Assembly (NCBI GenBank): GCA_032718475.1
Contig: JAUCBJ010007129.1
Coordinates: 12,028 to 76,027, forward strand
Direction: 5' to 3'
DNA from: Nemertoderma westbladi
Taxonomy: Eukaryota > Animalia > Xenacoelomorpha
DNA: 64,000 nucleotides
How positions within the stretch are numbered: the stretch's first letter is position 1; the number at the start of each line of letters is the position of its first letter. The position numbers and the translations under genes were made by a program. Shown here one piece after another: positions 47,901 through 60,996 of the stretch. The notes beneath the pieces are model-generated. The model had not been told where the DNA came from, did no database searches, and saw only the letters and a program-made list of their open reading frames with translations.

Positions 47901-49632
47901 TCATATACTATAGTAGGGAGTCTTTCTACTCTATTAATTTGGTCTGTGGGTTCTATACTACCTAAGTCTACACTAGCTAGTTGCCTTCTCACAGCTGGGG
48001 GCAAATTAAGCAATTTCTGCCAGTGCAGCACCCTTCTACATCTGCTGGAACGAGATTTATTTCCTCTACCTTCCGGATCTGTTGTATCGCCTTCATCAGA
48101 GGATGTAAATCCATGTCTCTTGGGAGTAGATCGACTTATCATCTGCATCTGAGAAGCTGTTCTCTGTTTATTTAAGTAGTCTTGCTTCTCTTGAAGATTT
48201 TCCAACTCTAGTTGGTCTGTCTCTTCAGATGCCCTCTGTTCTGCTGCTGCCACTGCCTCTGCCGCCTTTCATTAAAACTTCTGCAGCTGCCGCTGTCGCT
48301 TTTCTTTCTGCTTCTGCAGCTGTGGCTGTCGCTTTTCTTTCCGCTTCTGCCGCCTTTCTTTCCACTTCTGCAGCTGTCGCTGTCGCTTTTCTTTCCGCTT
48401 CTACCGTCGCTGCTGCCGCCTTTCTTTCAGCTTCTGCAGCTGCCGATGCCGCTGCCTTTCTGTTTTCTATCTGTTTTTTCTTTAGCTGCTCTTCTTGGAC
48501 TCTAGCGATGAGGATGCTTTCATCAAATTTAGCGTGCTCCGTGGCTAACATTTCCGCATCTAATGAGTCTTACACAAATTTGGCACCCTCACTATTAGGG
48601 TGAAGTCCAGCTAGCCTTCTCCTTAACTCTTTGTCACCTATAAATCGTTGATAGTCCGACAGATAGATGTCATTGGCGTCCTTCTTCTGAGGTTTCTCTG
48701 ATGTAACTTCGCTTTCCACCTGAGACAAGGTAGCGTCTGTTGATTCTCCGTGGGTCGCGCGCTCAGTTAGCTGAATTTTCCATTGTGTCGTTCCTTGGAC
48801 TTTAAGACTCACCTGTTGGAACCAAGTCTTTATGGCAACTTGCAACGACGTGTCTTGGCTTCTCTTCGAGGCTTCCTCAAAGGCGGAAAGGATTTGTCTG
48901 ATCCTTAAGATTCGTTCTCGAACTTGATAAAGCAGCTATCCCTGCTCTTGAGGTCCTTGACGTTGTTGACACAGGTGTTCCTCTAAGCGCTCCAAAGAGC
49001 TGAAGAATCCCTGTACATATCCTGCTGCCGACCTCTTCCACACAGCTGGATCTCGAGTATCCTTTACTACTCCCATCCTGTATAAGTCCTCCCAGGCAGC
49101 TTCCGATAAGTTAAACGGGAGTCCGGGTCCGGGGAAGTTCCATTGCGTCTCGACAATAGACTTCAGTTCCTCCATTGTGTATCCCGCATAACTATCCTTG
49201 GTCGATCGCTTACTTCTCGCCCAATCGATTTGATGCTCCTCCACCACGATCAATACTCTAGTGAGTACGGCTTCAGGAAGAATTAGAAGTGGATCCGAAT
49301 AAACCGCTTCTGCCATCCTTGCTCCGATTTCGGGTGTCAACTCTAGTGTCTGAACTACTGGAGTTATCTGGCTGTTGAGAAATAAGTTCTCGGTTCGGGT
49401 GTTGCTGCTGTTTACCAGCTGCCTCTTGGTCCCGCTTGACTTGAGCCCTAGTGCCTATGGTAGACCTTTGGTGCTTTACTAGCCTAGGGTCTGATACTAC
49501 TACTGTAGGGATGACCTTTCTTACATTAGGAGCGGACTTGGACTTTTGTCTCAGATGTTCTGCACTCCTGTCTGAGTCGCTGACTGTTCTTTCTAGGAGA
49601 CTATCTGACAGAGTTTGCTTTGTGTCAGCCAT
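44966..49632 (-). pseudogene. Gag-protease of B2, fragmented
   Basis: Same motifs as B1 gag (three knuckles, LLDSGS, AAEAERKA repeats), spread over several ORFs. Confidence 0.93.
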
Positions 49633-50522
49633 GTTTGACTGTACAGTTGAATGCCTACTACTATAATGACAGTTAAAGCAAGTCTAGTAATTCAGTATCC
49701 ACTGTAAGCCTAGTAATTAATTACCGATACCGTTACTCAGTGTAACGTGATATATATACAATATATTAAAATACCGGTATACACTTATGGTATATATAAG
49801 TATTATTATAGACCAGGATTAGTTACAAAATACCGGTATATAATTTCAGCTTAAATTTATCGAAATAAATATAATAAGCCTATCGTAAATACCGGTAATG
49901 TCAATTATTTTATAATGACTGAATTTCTGAATTTTAGGGTTACTTTCCTTTACTTTATTACTGTTATCAAGCAGTAGTCCAACTGATATTAACCCATTAA
50001 GTCCTAAGGTCTACATTTGTAGACCCATGCAATATGGTGCTCTCAATTAAAAGCTGTACCAATTTATTTAGTATTTTCACTATAAATCAGACTTAGAGGC
50101 ATGGGAGTACTATTTAAAGTAAATTTTAGCCCTCATGTTCGCAATACTAACATCTGACAAAAGCTCAATTTTAGTGAATTTATGCAAAAAGAGTACGAGT
50201 CAATTCAACTCTAATTTTAGGACGAAAGTTGCCTCATGTGACTTGGAGATGCAAATATTATCATCCCTGATAATTTCTGAACATATAAATGAATTATGAA
50301 GCTCCCAACAACATGTAATTAGAATTCGTGATGTCCTGAATGAGCAAGTCTACAAATGTAGACCTTAGGACTTAAGGGGTACAAATATCACTGAAATTAC
50401 TGTAGTACAGTATATACTGTAATTTCAGAAGACATTTCATACAGGAATATGGATACAGGATACAGGGGCTCATAATTTCACCCGACATAGAGTAGGTACT
50501 GTACAGTGTACAGTCGGGCACT

Positions 50523-50776
50523 TTGTCAATATTGACATGTTGTCAATATTGACATGTTCCATGTCAAAATTGACATGATGTCAATATTGACATGTTTTGA
50601 TCATAAATTTTTTAAATATTGTGATTTGAAAAGTAGAAAATGTTTTTTTGTAAAGAGAATATCTATTTTAATTAAAATATTGTTGAATCCAACCAATGTA
50701 TATTGTTGTTTGTAATAATTTTAATGATATGTTTTATTGCATGTCAATATTGACATCTAATGTCAATATTGACATG
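50523..50776. repeat. Cluster of TGTCAATATTGACA palindromes
   Basis: Six near-perfect copies: four at 50524-50592 and two at 50742-50774. Confidence 0.8.
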
Positions 50777-50839
50777 AACGCTGGGTTCTTATGTTCATTT
50801 CAACCCCACCAAATCTATTTAGAGGCCTTCAAGCAGTCA

Positions 50840-51642
50840 AATAGCATCACAAATACTGAAACGAGCTGTCAAAACGCTTTAGTTAGAGACATTCTGGCTG
50901 CATTTTAAATACTGAAAAGAGCTTTTGAAACTATTCAGGCCTTTGCGCAGCATATTAAATACTAGAAAAGAGCCACTAAAACTGTTCAGAGTCCTTTGTG
51001 CAGCATGATAAATGCTGAAAAGTGCTGTTGAAATTGTTCAGAGGGTATCATGTATCATGAGAAAAACTGAAAAGAACTGATAAAACTGCCCAGGGGCCTT
51101 CGCACAGTTTGAAAAATACATAAAAGATCTCTCAAAGCTGCTCAGAGACCTTTGTGCAGCATGATAAACGCTGAAAAAAGATTTTGAAATGAAACTATTC
51201 AGAACTTTGTGCAGCATGATAAAAGCTGAAAAGAGCTGTTGAAACTGTTCAGGGGTCTTCGAGCAGCTTGAGAAAGACTGAAAATAACTTTTGAAACTTT
51301 CAGGCCTTCGCAGAGAAGGTGAAATACTGAAAAGAGTTGATAAAACTGTTCACAGAGTTCTTCATGCAGCATGATAAATGCTGAAAATAAACAGTTGAAA
51401 TTGTTCACATGGCTTTGTGCAACATGAGAAAAGCTGAAAATTGCTGTTGAAAGTTATAAAACTGTTCAAAGTCCTTCATGCAGCATAAATGCTAAAAAAT
51501 AATATTTGAAGTTGTTCAGAGGGCTTTGTGCAATATGAGAATGCTGAAAATAGCTGTTGAAACTGTTCGGATGCCTTCGTGCAGCATGATAAATGCTGAA
51601 AAGGGCTGTTGAAACTGCTAAAAGGCCTTCATGCAGCATGAT
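50840..51642. repeat. Degenerate ~49-bp minisatellite
   Basis: aaatgctgaaaagagctgttgaaactgttcagaggcctttgtgcagcatgat-like units. Confidence 0.85.
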
Positions 51643-51647
51643 GCATG

Positions 51648-52150
51648 TGTCTGCACCACTGTCTGCACCACTGTCTGCACCAGTGTCTGCACCACTGTCT
51701 GCACCAGGTGTCTGCACCACTGTCTGCACCAGTGTCCGCACCACTGTCTGCACCACTGTTTGCACCACTGTCTGCACCAATGTCTGCACCCGTGTCTGCA
51801 CCACTGTCTACACCAGTGTCTGCACCAGGTGTCTGCATCACTGTCTGCATCACTGTCTGCACCACTGCCTGCACCACTGTCTGCACCAGGTGTCTGCACC
51901 ACTGTCTGCACCATTGTCTGCACCAGTGTCCGCACCACTGTCTGCACCAGTGTCTGCACCAGTGTCTGCACCAGTGTCTGCACAACTGTCTGCACCAAAG
52001 TCTGCACCAGTGTCTGCACCACTGTCTGCACCAGGTGTCTGCACCATTGTCTGCACCAGTGTCTGCACCAGTATCTGCACCACTGTCTGCACCACTGTCT
52101 GCACCAGCTGTCTGCACCACTGTCTGCACCAGTGTCCGCACCACTGTCTG
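51648..52150. repeat. 12-bp minisatellite TGTCTGCACCA(C/G)
   Basis: About 40 tandem units. Confidence 0.95.
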
Positions 52151-53746
52151 CGCATATTTTTGCACAAAATAAGTGTATTTTTGTACTCTTGAAGTCCTAA
52201 CGTCTACATTTGTAGACCCTATGTAAAATCTATCTTCCCATATATGTACGTTAACCAAAGTTTGGAATTTTCTTAATAGGTCCACTTTATGCTCACAATA
52301 AAAATTTCAAGAAATTTCATTGAAGCATTCATGGTCCGGGACTTGCTGGGTTAAGACCTAATTGATGTATAACAGGCCTACTAGTTTATAAATCGGTTTG
52401 AGTTGATTTATAATATATTATGTACCCGTACAAGGGGTTTTTGACAATATTTGAAATAAATGTTATTATTTCTGGGTAAGGAGTCACTACAGAGAAGCTG
52501 AACGCTCTCAGTGGAGTGCTACTTGTTGGAAACTAATACAAATTATTCTACTTTACTAAGTTACTTATTACTACTAATTACATACAATTACTGTGTGAGA
52601 TTACAATCTCTAAATAAACACCAAAAGTTACACGTACAAATTTTAGGGTAATTTTACAAGAAATCTACAAACCAGCCTAACAAGGGGTTAGAATTTCTGG
52701 TTATTACAAACAGACAGGATACTACGGTATTTGAAAACAATAAAGTGGTAGTAAGTAAATTGCGTTGTCTAGATAAGAAAATACCACCATCTGACGACTT
52801 ATAGTCTTAAACTATAAGTACTACGTTATGTACCCGGAGTGTCCTTACCTAGAAGTTAATTACCGCAGCCAACCAGAGCTAGCGTGCCTATTAACCACTT
52901 TACAATACAAATATACTGCCTACACACTAATTACTTTCGGAAAGCACTGTACACTAAACCCTAAATTAGGTACAAGTACTTATATAACAAATAATCAGCA
53001 GTTAAATATACTTGTACAGCTAAAAGAACCACGGTATCTGCTGGAGTGACCAGAGCATAAAATCACCAGTCTTTACCTACGCCTAGCAGCCCTGATGTAG
53101 TACCGGGGTTAATTTAACTATAACGGTATGTATAACAAGCATAATTACTGTAGGAATAAACTTGGGGTTATGTAGGTTGCGAATACTCGCATAGACTCTG
53201 AATAATAAATATTACGCTACCCGGCAGACTATACAAACAAAATACAGACCAAATGCTGGCAGACCACTGTCAAGCCTAAATAAACTACAGTATATGCAGA
53301 CTCCGAAATGGTTAGTTAGTATGCGTTCTAACCAAGTAGTACGACTTATTCTTTCGGGGGGGGGGGATTTACCTTACAACACTGGATGCCCCCACCTTCC
53401 TAACTAGTACTTTATCGGACATACACTCTACACACACTGCAATCGCTTCAGACTTAACAACAGTCAGACAACAATCCAGCCTACAAATTATTTGTTCAAT
53501 TTGAGCGGGCTTACACGCCTTCTGCTCAATATTACACTTACAGATAAATAAAACTGACAGAAATAAATAAGCTCTAAAAGAAACAAGCCTCTTAAACAGC
53601 CTACCCATATACAATATCACAATCGAAATAATACTAGTACCGGTAAGTACCGGTTCGGGTGGTTGGGCAGTTAGGCCTACAGGTTACCGTCCGACCGGTA
53701 CATTCGAATTTATTGCCTACATGCAATCAAAACAAAAATCTATTAT

Positions 53747-54921
53747 TGTTCGCGCTTTTAGACCTTTAGCAGTTTAACCTGCCAATTTTAGTTGTCTTCT
53801 TGTTTATAAATCGACTTTAGCCTAGACCAATTATTTAATGTACTGAAGTTATATCTGCCGAAGCCAGTCTGTGCGTGATCATTCACCCACGGTTAAGGGA
53901 GACTGGATTCGGGTGCTTTGACGTTATTGCGGTGTAGACCTACTGTATTATTCGATTGATCGTTACTATATAATCTCTGACAAATATATTTACTTTCGGG
54001 GAAATATTAACAGTTCCTTTAGGACGTGGCGCTTTAAGTATAAAAACAGAGTTATGACTTATACTAATCACAACTAGATGGCTAATGAGTTTCGTAAATA
54101 GCGCATTCTTTAGGAGATGCTTTATTATCTGTCACACTACTGCACACGACTTTACACTACTGCACACTCTTCTGCTGTCCGTCACTGAATTTGATCATAT
54201 ATAAAGAAGATCGCAACTGACACTTGTAGGGATTATGAAATATCATTTAATTCACACAAAAACCACTATAATTTAAGTCACAGTTGCTACCGTTAAACTG
54301 TCCTCTTACCTTCAGTAATCAAGAAGATTGGGGGTTTTATGATTATTTATCGGCATTCTCCAAATATAACAACATATCCAACAATATACAACAATTAATA
54401 ACAGACAGTAAGCAGAAGTAAATAATGCGGTGAAAAGTCAGTTTATTGGTTTAGTATGATATGCAGTGTCCAGCAGGTTCATCAGGTTGATATGACAATA
54501 TGATAATAGATTTACGTTCCGTAATCAAAGCCATCAGATCTTTAGGCAAAGTCTGAAACTTCCACAACAGAAGTAACAGAAGATTTCCAAGCAGTTCTCT
54601 CGCTCAGAAAGGTAAACAAAGACCGTAATGCATTGCGCGGTTTTACATAGGCCCTTGTCCAACATAAAATGAAAATCGCTCTGATTGGTTGAGCCGAACA
54701 AAGAGATGTTCCACGTTTACAGTAAATCAGCTAACAGATTTCGTCATCTGAGTTGCAGTCTTTTAGAGTATTAGGCGCATTGCGGCAGAAAATGGCTTGT
54801 TATGTCCGCTAAAGCACCTATACGGTACATTGCGGAGAAAATGGCTTGTTATGTCCGCTAAAGCACCTACATGGTATATTGCGGAGAAAAATGACTTGTT
54901 ATGTAAGCAAAAGCTTTTACA
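53747..54921 (-). repeat. 5' LTR of B2
   Basis: Direct repeat of 34229-35403. Confidence 0.96.
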
Positions 54922-57900
54922 AGAAGATTAGTAGAGTTTAACCGGGAGGTCGAAGAGAGAAGAAGTGAAGAGAGTAGAAGAAGCATTGCTACGAGCAACC
55001 GGAGAGCAAGGACGGATAGCGAGCCGTCAGTAGTAGAGATGGAGTTAGGGAGTCAGTGGGGTCGAACTCCGGGAGATTGCCGTCGCCCCGGAGAGACGCA
55101 CCGCACACCAAGAGAGGGGTACAGGACGTACCGGTACGAGGACAAGAACAGGAGAGGGGATCGAAGGGAAACTTCCCGAAGGGATATAGCTGCCAATCGA
55201 GAGTACGATAGTCACGGGGAGGACTTCTTGAATTATTTGAGAAGGTTAAACTTCGGTTCGGAAGGGCACATACAGACTGCAGGACATACTGTAGGCCTTA
55301 CTGCACATACTATAGGCCATGCTGGGAGAGATAGTGTAGGCGATAGGGTAGTGCGAATGATGGGATTAAATCCGGAAGTCGCGGAGTACATACCAGTGAG
55401 TAGGCAAGAAGTGGATAGGCCTATATCGGTACCAGCACAGCAGCATGACTATAATATGCAGGGACATAACATATATCCAGGGGAGGGGAGAGTTATTGCA
55501 GATAGATGTATGGGCCCCAATATATTAACATCAACCCCAGTGCCAAATATAATACCGGTAGGGAGGGGACAGGGTGACATTCCCCCATTACAATATCAAC
55601 AATACACTCAAACAGGAATAAGAACATCGAACCCCCTGGACGAGAACAGGTCGTGCGACATGGAAATATGGAGGGGGCCGTTACCCCCAATGATATATCT
55701 GATGCAACAGTCAACAGGCCCGACGGGCGGACCACACCCAACAGGAGAATCTGTACAGCATCCTTCGAACCCATTGGAAGCACAGGCAATGGGAATGGCT
55801 ACACTAAACGATGCACTGAAGACCAGGATCGAGTTACCACCAGTCGAGACATTTAAATTCGCCGAAGAATATTCTTTCTATATTCTAGAGAACTATTCGC
55901 TCTAAATAGGCCGGAAGAATACCTGCAATTTCGGCGCATGTACAGCAACGAGATATTGACCAAGAACCTGATGCAGGCGGAGTGCCTAAAATATCTACAG
56001 GTATATACAGGAGGCCCAGCGTACGACATCGTGAGGCAGTATCAGGGCATCGAGGGCGGCTTCACGACTGCATGACGGGCCCTAGACAGACCTTAAGGGG
56101 TATAACATCGGGTGGCCTACAGGATAACTCTGTTAGCATAAAGACCTTCACGAACAAGGTCGAGAAGGCGTTAATCGTGCTGAAGATGCTAGACGCGCCA
56201 TACGAACTCAACGCATCTAATAACATCACCACGATAGCGCAGGCACTGCCGATCTGGCTGCGGAGCAAGTGGAGGAAGGTCGCCTTCTCCACTCCGGAGA
56301 AGAAAGGTGCGGAGCCAGGGCTAGAGGAAATGTCAAACTTCCTCAACTACGAAGCAGAGTTGGTTACAGACCCAGTCTATCGTGAGGATAGTTTGGGGAA
56401 GGCGCCGAAGACCGAATACAACAGGCATAAACCCGAACACAATCCTGCAGATCCATTCCCGAGAGTAAGACAGTCGCTACCACACGCGGCCACACAGGGG
56501 GCTACAAGCCCACAGTTAGCTGGGAGTAGGGCCACACCGTGGCAGGGACAGAAATAAATAACAACACAAATAAATATAACCCCAATATACCCAGTAGGCC
56601 GAGTCCAGATAACCAAAACACTAAATCGGTAGATATACACCTACGCGCGATACGTGAGGGACTATACAGGGAATGCTACAATCCAGGATTCGAATGCCAG
56701 TTACATAGGGATGGAACCCATAAGGCCATGAGTTGTAAGCACTGGAAAGCGTTGCCCAAACAAGATCGTGTAGCCTACACAGACGCAAACGGACTATGTC
56801 ATCGTTGTGTGGTAGAAGGACACAGATCCGGAGAGTGTAGAGAAACAGCAGTAGGAGACAATGAGACTGGAGGCCAAACGATGGCTACAAGCATGACAGG
56901 AGCAAGAATAAAGAGGAAAGTACTACTCGGGGTAGTACCAGTGAAGATAACAGGAAGGGGCGGCCGATCAGTCACAACATTAATGCTGGTCGACAGCGCA
57001 GGAGCCTTCACGCTGGTGGAGAATTGGGTGGCCGAAGAGATAGGGCCAAAGACGAGGCCGAGTAGGATCACGGTAACGACCGTCTCGAGTAAAGATGAGG
57101 TCCTGGAGATGAGGACGGGACGGTGCAAGATATCAGCGATTGCACCGGGATGTGACTATGGGGCGACCATCGACCCCATTCAGATTATAGAATCGATAAA
57201 TATAAATGCCAGGAGACCAACTAACATCGAGGTCGAGCAGTACCGGTTCCTGGACGATATAGATTTTTCAATACCGGAGGTGGAAGTCTCGAAGGTATCC
57301 ATCATAGTGGGTCTGGACTGCCCGACGGCCCACGAAAGAGTACAGACGATCTTCAGGGAAGACAGACAGCGGGATCCGACGGCGATTCTCACGCCGTTCG
57401 GATGGATGCTTAGCGGCCCAATTGAAACCAAGATTCCACACAGGGTGTCGGAAACATCAGGGTGCATGCTACCAGGCACCATTAAGGACATAGAGAAGAA
57501 ACCAGAGACGGTAGATAAGCTAAAAGGAGAAGTAACAGTAAGAGAGTGGGCAGAGGAGAATGGATTTGACGCGAAAGACTTAGAGACAATGGGATGGAAC
57601 AAGGATGTTCCCAGCAGGTATTGGTATGGGGATGGAGAGGAGTGGACGGCGAGATGTCCGGAGGACAACAGTCCGGAGGAGTGTCCGGAGGGGTGTCCGG
57701 AGGACAACAGTCCGAAGGAGTGTCTGGAGGAGTGTCCAGAGGAGAGTCTGGAAGAGATGCCGGTCCGGTTGAGAGGCATACCGACAAGGGGGAGGTCGAG
57801 TAAGAAGACAGGATGGATTACTATTGTTCGTTCTGTTTTTTCTGTTCTTTCAGTTTCTATCCATTCTGCCGCCGGGAGACAACCAGATGAAGGGTGGCAT

Positions 57901-57927
57901 TTTGCTGCCAGAAGATCAGGGAATTAA
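54922..57927 (+). pseudogene. Remainder of element C Gag and Pao-type protease
   Basis: LP.WLRSKW; CQLH....H....C; CHRCVVEGHRSGEC; LLGVVPVKITG...LVDSAG; IIVG.D; TPFGW.LSGP. Confidence 0.8.
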
Positions 57928-58214
57928 GAAGGCGGCGGAGAGACCCGATTTTAAGGTGGCAGAAGAGGGGGAACCAATTGCTGGTGAGTTGGAATTGGCG
58001 AGGATAGTGGGTCGAAAGAAAAGAGGACGTATAGGGGGGCAGCGGGAGAATGTCTCCTAGAAGGACCGATGGAAGATCAAGGGGGACCTTAGAGTTTAGT
58101 CGTCCAATATTTTGGACTGAGGGGGGTGGTTATGAGGGCGAGACGCCCTTCCCACACGCAATAAGAAATATAAAATAATATAAATAAATAAATAATTAAA
58201 AATAATAAAAATAA

Positions 58215-59960
58215 GTAGAAGTTAGTAAGAAGTAATAGTTAGTAGAAGTCAGATGGTAGGTAAGTAAGAAAGTTAGTAGAAGTTAGATAGTAAGTAGAAG
58301 TCAGTAGAAGTTAGTAAAAAAGTTAGTAAGTAGTTAGAAGTTAGTAAGAAGTTAGAAGTCGGTGGGTATAGGGAGTGTGGTATATAGACATACCATGGGA
58401 GTAGAGGGTACGTGGTACCATTACGTTAGAAGTCGGTGGGTATAGGGAGTGTGGTATATAGACATACCACGGGAGTAGAGGGGTTTTGGGCACCGTAAGC
58501 GCCACGTAGAAAGTAGTAGTAGAGGGGTTGTAGGCTCCGTAATAGGGTAGATCAAAAAAAAATTTTGGAAAAGTAACTTTTCCCTATGTTAGTAATGTGT
58601 GAAATGTCCCAAAACCACCAAAAAATGTGACTTTTCCAATTTTTGGCAATGCAAGACCCCCGCACAATTAGTGCAAACAAACAACATTTTTAAAAAAACT
58701 ATGTAGAATTAAAACATCTCGACAAATTTTTGTTTTTTGAAAAGTGACTTTTCCCTATGCAATAAAAGTGTGAAATGGCCTAAAAGTACAAAAAACGATT
58801 ACTTTCCAATTTTTGACAATGCAAGACCCCCGCACAATTAGTGCAAAAAAAGAATATTTATTGCATAAACATGTCAAATTTAAACATTTCAACAAAAAAT
58901 GTATTTTCGAAAAGTGGGTTTTCCTTGTATTAGAAATGCACAATTAGTGCAAACAAACAACAATATTTGAAACATTAAGTTGAGCTATAATTTTTAACTG
59001 TTAGACTACCAACTGACGGGCTATAATTGAAAATTTCAATTCACAAAAGTTTAACTTTTAATTTGAAATCTTTTCTTGATCCAAATTTCGGCATTTCCCT
59101 TCTGCTTGAAAGCATAGAACGAATGTAGCCATCCCGACGTTTCTGGCCTATGACATGTTTGGATGAGTTTGTTACACAACAGACGAGTCTCTCAACAGCC
59201 TGGGAGTGACATGGAATAGATTTTTTGTTGAAATGTTTAAATTTGACATGTTTATGCAATAAATATTCTTTTTTTGCACTAATTGTGCGGGGGTATTGCA
59301 TTGTCAAAAATTGGAAAATAATCGTTTTTTTGTACTTTTAGGCCATTTCACACTTTTATTGCATAGGGAAAAGTCACTTTTCAAAAAACAAAAATTTGTC
59401 GAGATGTTTTAATTCTACATAGTTTTTTTAAAAATGTTGTTTGTTTGCACTAATTGTGCGGGGGTCTTGCATTGCCAAAAATTGGAAAAGTCACATTTTT
59501 TGGTGGTTTTGGGACATTTCACACATTACTAACATAGGGAAAAGTTACTTTTCCAAAATTTTTTTTTTTGATCTACCCTACTCCGTAAGCGCCACGTAGA
59601 AAGTAGTAGTAGAGGGGTTGTGGGCACCGAAAGCGCCACGTAGAAAGAGAGTAAGAGGGTACGTAGAAAGGTTAGTAGAGTTAAGAGAGTTAGTTAGAAG
59701 AGTCAGTAGAGTTAGAGAGTTAGTAGAGGTAGAGAGTTAGTAGAATTAGAGAGTTAGTAGAGGCAGAGAGTTAGTAGAGGTAGAGAGTTAGTAGACTTAG
59801 TAGAGTTAGGAGTTAGTAGAGTTAAGAGAGTTAGTAAGAAGATTTAGTAGAGTTTGAGAGCTAGTTAGAGTTAGAGAGTTAGTAGAATTAGAGAGTTAGT
59901 AGTAAGTAGTAAGTAAGTAGTAAGAGAGTTAGATAGTAAGTAAGTAGTAAGAAGTAAGTA
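58215..59960 (+). repeat. Purine-rich AG(A)GTTAGT simple repeats in the C 3' region, interrupted by the hAT-like element
   Basis: agaagttagt / agagttagt arrays at 58215-58360 and 59670-59960. Confidence 0.85.
58543..59580 (-). mobile_element. hAT-like DNA transposon deletion derivative with ~360-bp inverted repeats and a transposase C-terminal remnant
   Basis: TAGGG...CCCTA ends, 8-bp TSD CTCCGTAA (58535-58542, 59581-59588), remnant PCHSQAVERLV..VT..S..V.G...RDG.I at 59041-59220. Confidence 0.88.
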
Positions 59961-60425
59961 GCAAGGTAGGTAGAATGATAGCACAGGGGTAACATAAGAG
60001 ATTTAGCGCCTTTGGGAGTGGTAGAGAGTATGAGAGCAGTCCCGAGAGGAGTACGGAGAGGAGCTGTTGGCGAGAGAGAGTGCAGACGAGTGCGATTCAG
60101 GTGTGGGGAGAGAGCAGAGTGGAGTTAGAGTGAAGTAAGATAGAGTAGAGTGTGAAGTTAGAGTTTAGAGAGTGAGAGAGCTTTTTAAAATTGTGTGAGA
60201 ATCCACAATTGTCTCGAACAGAGACGCCAGATGTCTTGGTGCAACATAGGTTGCGGTTGCACCAAGAAGGGGTAGTAATATCATACCCAGAGGGAGCGGC
60301 CTGGAAAGCCGACTCCAAGTAAGAGAACTCCACCCCACACCCGATAGTAGATCGGGTTCCAGCGGAATTGAAGCGCACTCAGAGGTTGATGCTATCTACT
60401 CAACGGGAAGAAAGTATGGGGGGAG

Positions 60426-60996
60426 TGTGAGCGGATTCACTTCCGCCTCATTACCCCCATAAAGTTGGGAAGTGGCGCCCTTTTCAGCAATATTGGGGAT
60501 ACGAGGTTAATCACAATTAATCTCGTATCACACCCAATAACGGGGACAACACACGGCCCTGAAGGCTACACACAAAAGAGGTTAGAGGTCAAACTACCTC
60601 GAGAGGGGAAGTAACAGCAGCGGGGGGGAAGCACTCCCACAGAGGTGGGAGCCGAGAATTAGTATATTAGCCAATAAGGGCGAAGAAAGCATCCGCTAGA
60701 TAGAGAGGCCAAGGTAGTGTAGGAATAACCAATATATATTATATTGCACACTACCGGTCAGTTCAGTCATCTCAGTCATCTAGTGCAGATTGGTGACAAT
60801 TTCGTACCATCACCGCCATCATATATATTATATTTACCGGTCAGCATACTATACTGCATATATTACCTGTCAACTGTGCTATCACATTTCATATACTATA
60901 TGAATTAACCGATAACAACAACAAACTATTATCTTTCACAACGACGCGGTGACGCGTGACCTAATACACCGGTCGGGATCCCCTGATCCTGTCACA
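60426..60996 (+). repeat. 3' LTR of C (intact; shows the empty site for B1)
   Basis: TGTGAGCGG...GTCACA with uninterrupted cctcgagAGGGGaagtaacagc. Confidence 0.95.

Larger units (their letters stand above)
49993..52350. mobile_element. Non-autonomous piggyBac-like element inserted in the B2 leader
   Basis: TTAA is duplicated (49989-49992, 52351-52354), and B1 shows the empty site gatattaagacc near 27691. CCC...GGG ends, with TIR cccattaagtcc versus ggacttgctggg. Confidence 0.88.
34229..54921 (-). mobile_element. BEL/Pao family B copy B2, full-length but mutated, carrying ORF2
   Basis: LTR pair, TSD AGAAG (34224-34228, 54922-54926), Gag-PR-RT-RH-IN-ORF2 order on the minus strand. Confidence 0.97.
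17912..60996 (+). mobile_element. Degenerate BEL/Pao-like LTR retrotransposon, family C, host to nested insertions
   Basis: TG...CA LTR pair, 5-bp TSD GGTTA (17907-17911 and 60997-61001), PPT GGGGGGAG before 60426, gag/protease remnants, no RT or IN seen. Confidence 0.92.

Noticed and set aside
51466-52285. Several overlapping Cys/His-rich ORFs
   Set aside because: They are translations of a stop-free 12-bp minisatellite.
59670-59960. Telomeric repeat array
   Set aside because: Units are degenerate AGAGTTAGT rather than regular TTAGG(G), and they lie inside element C.
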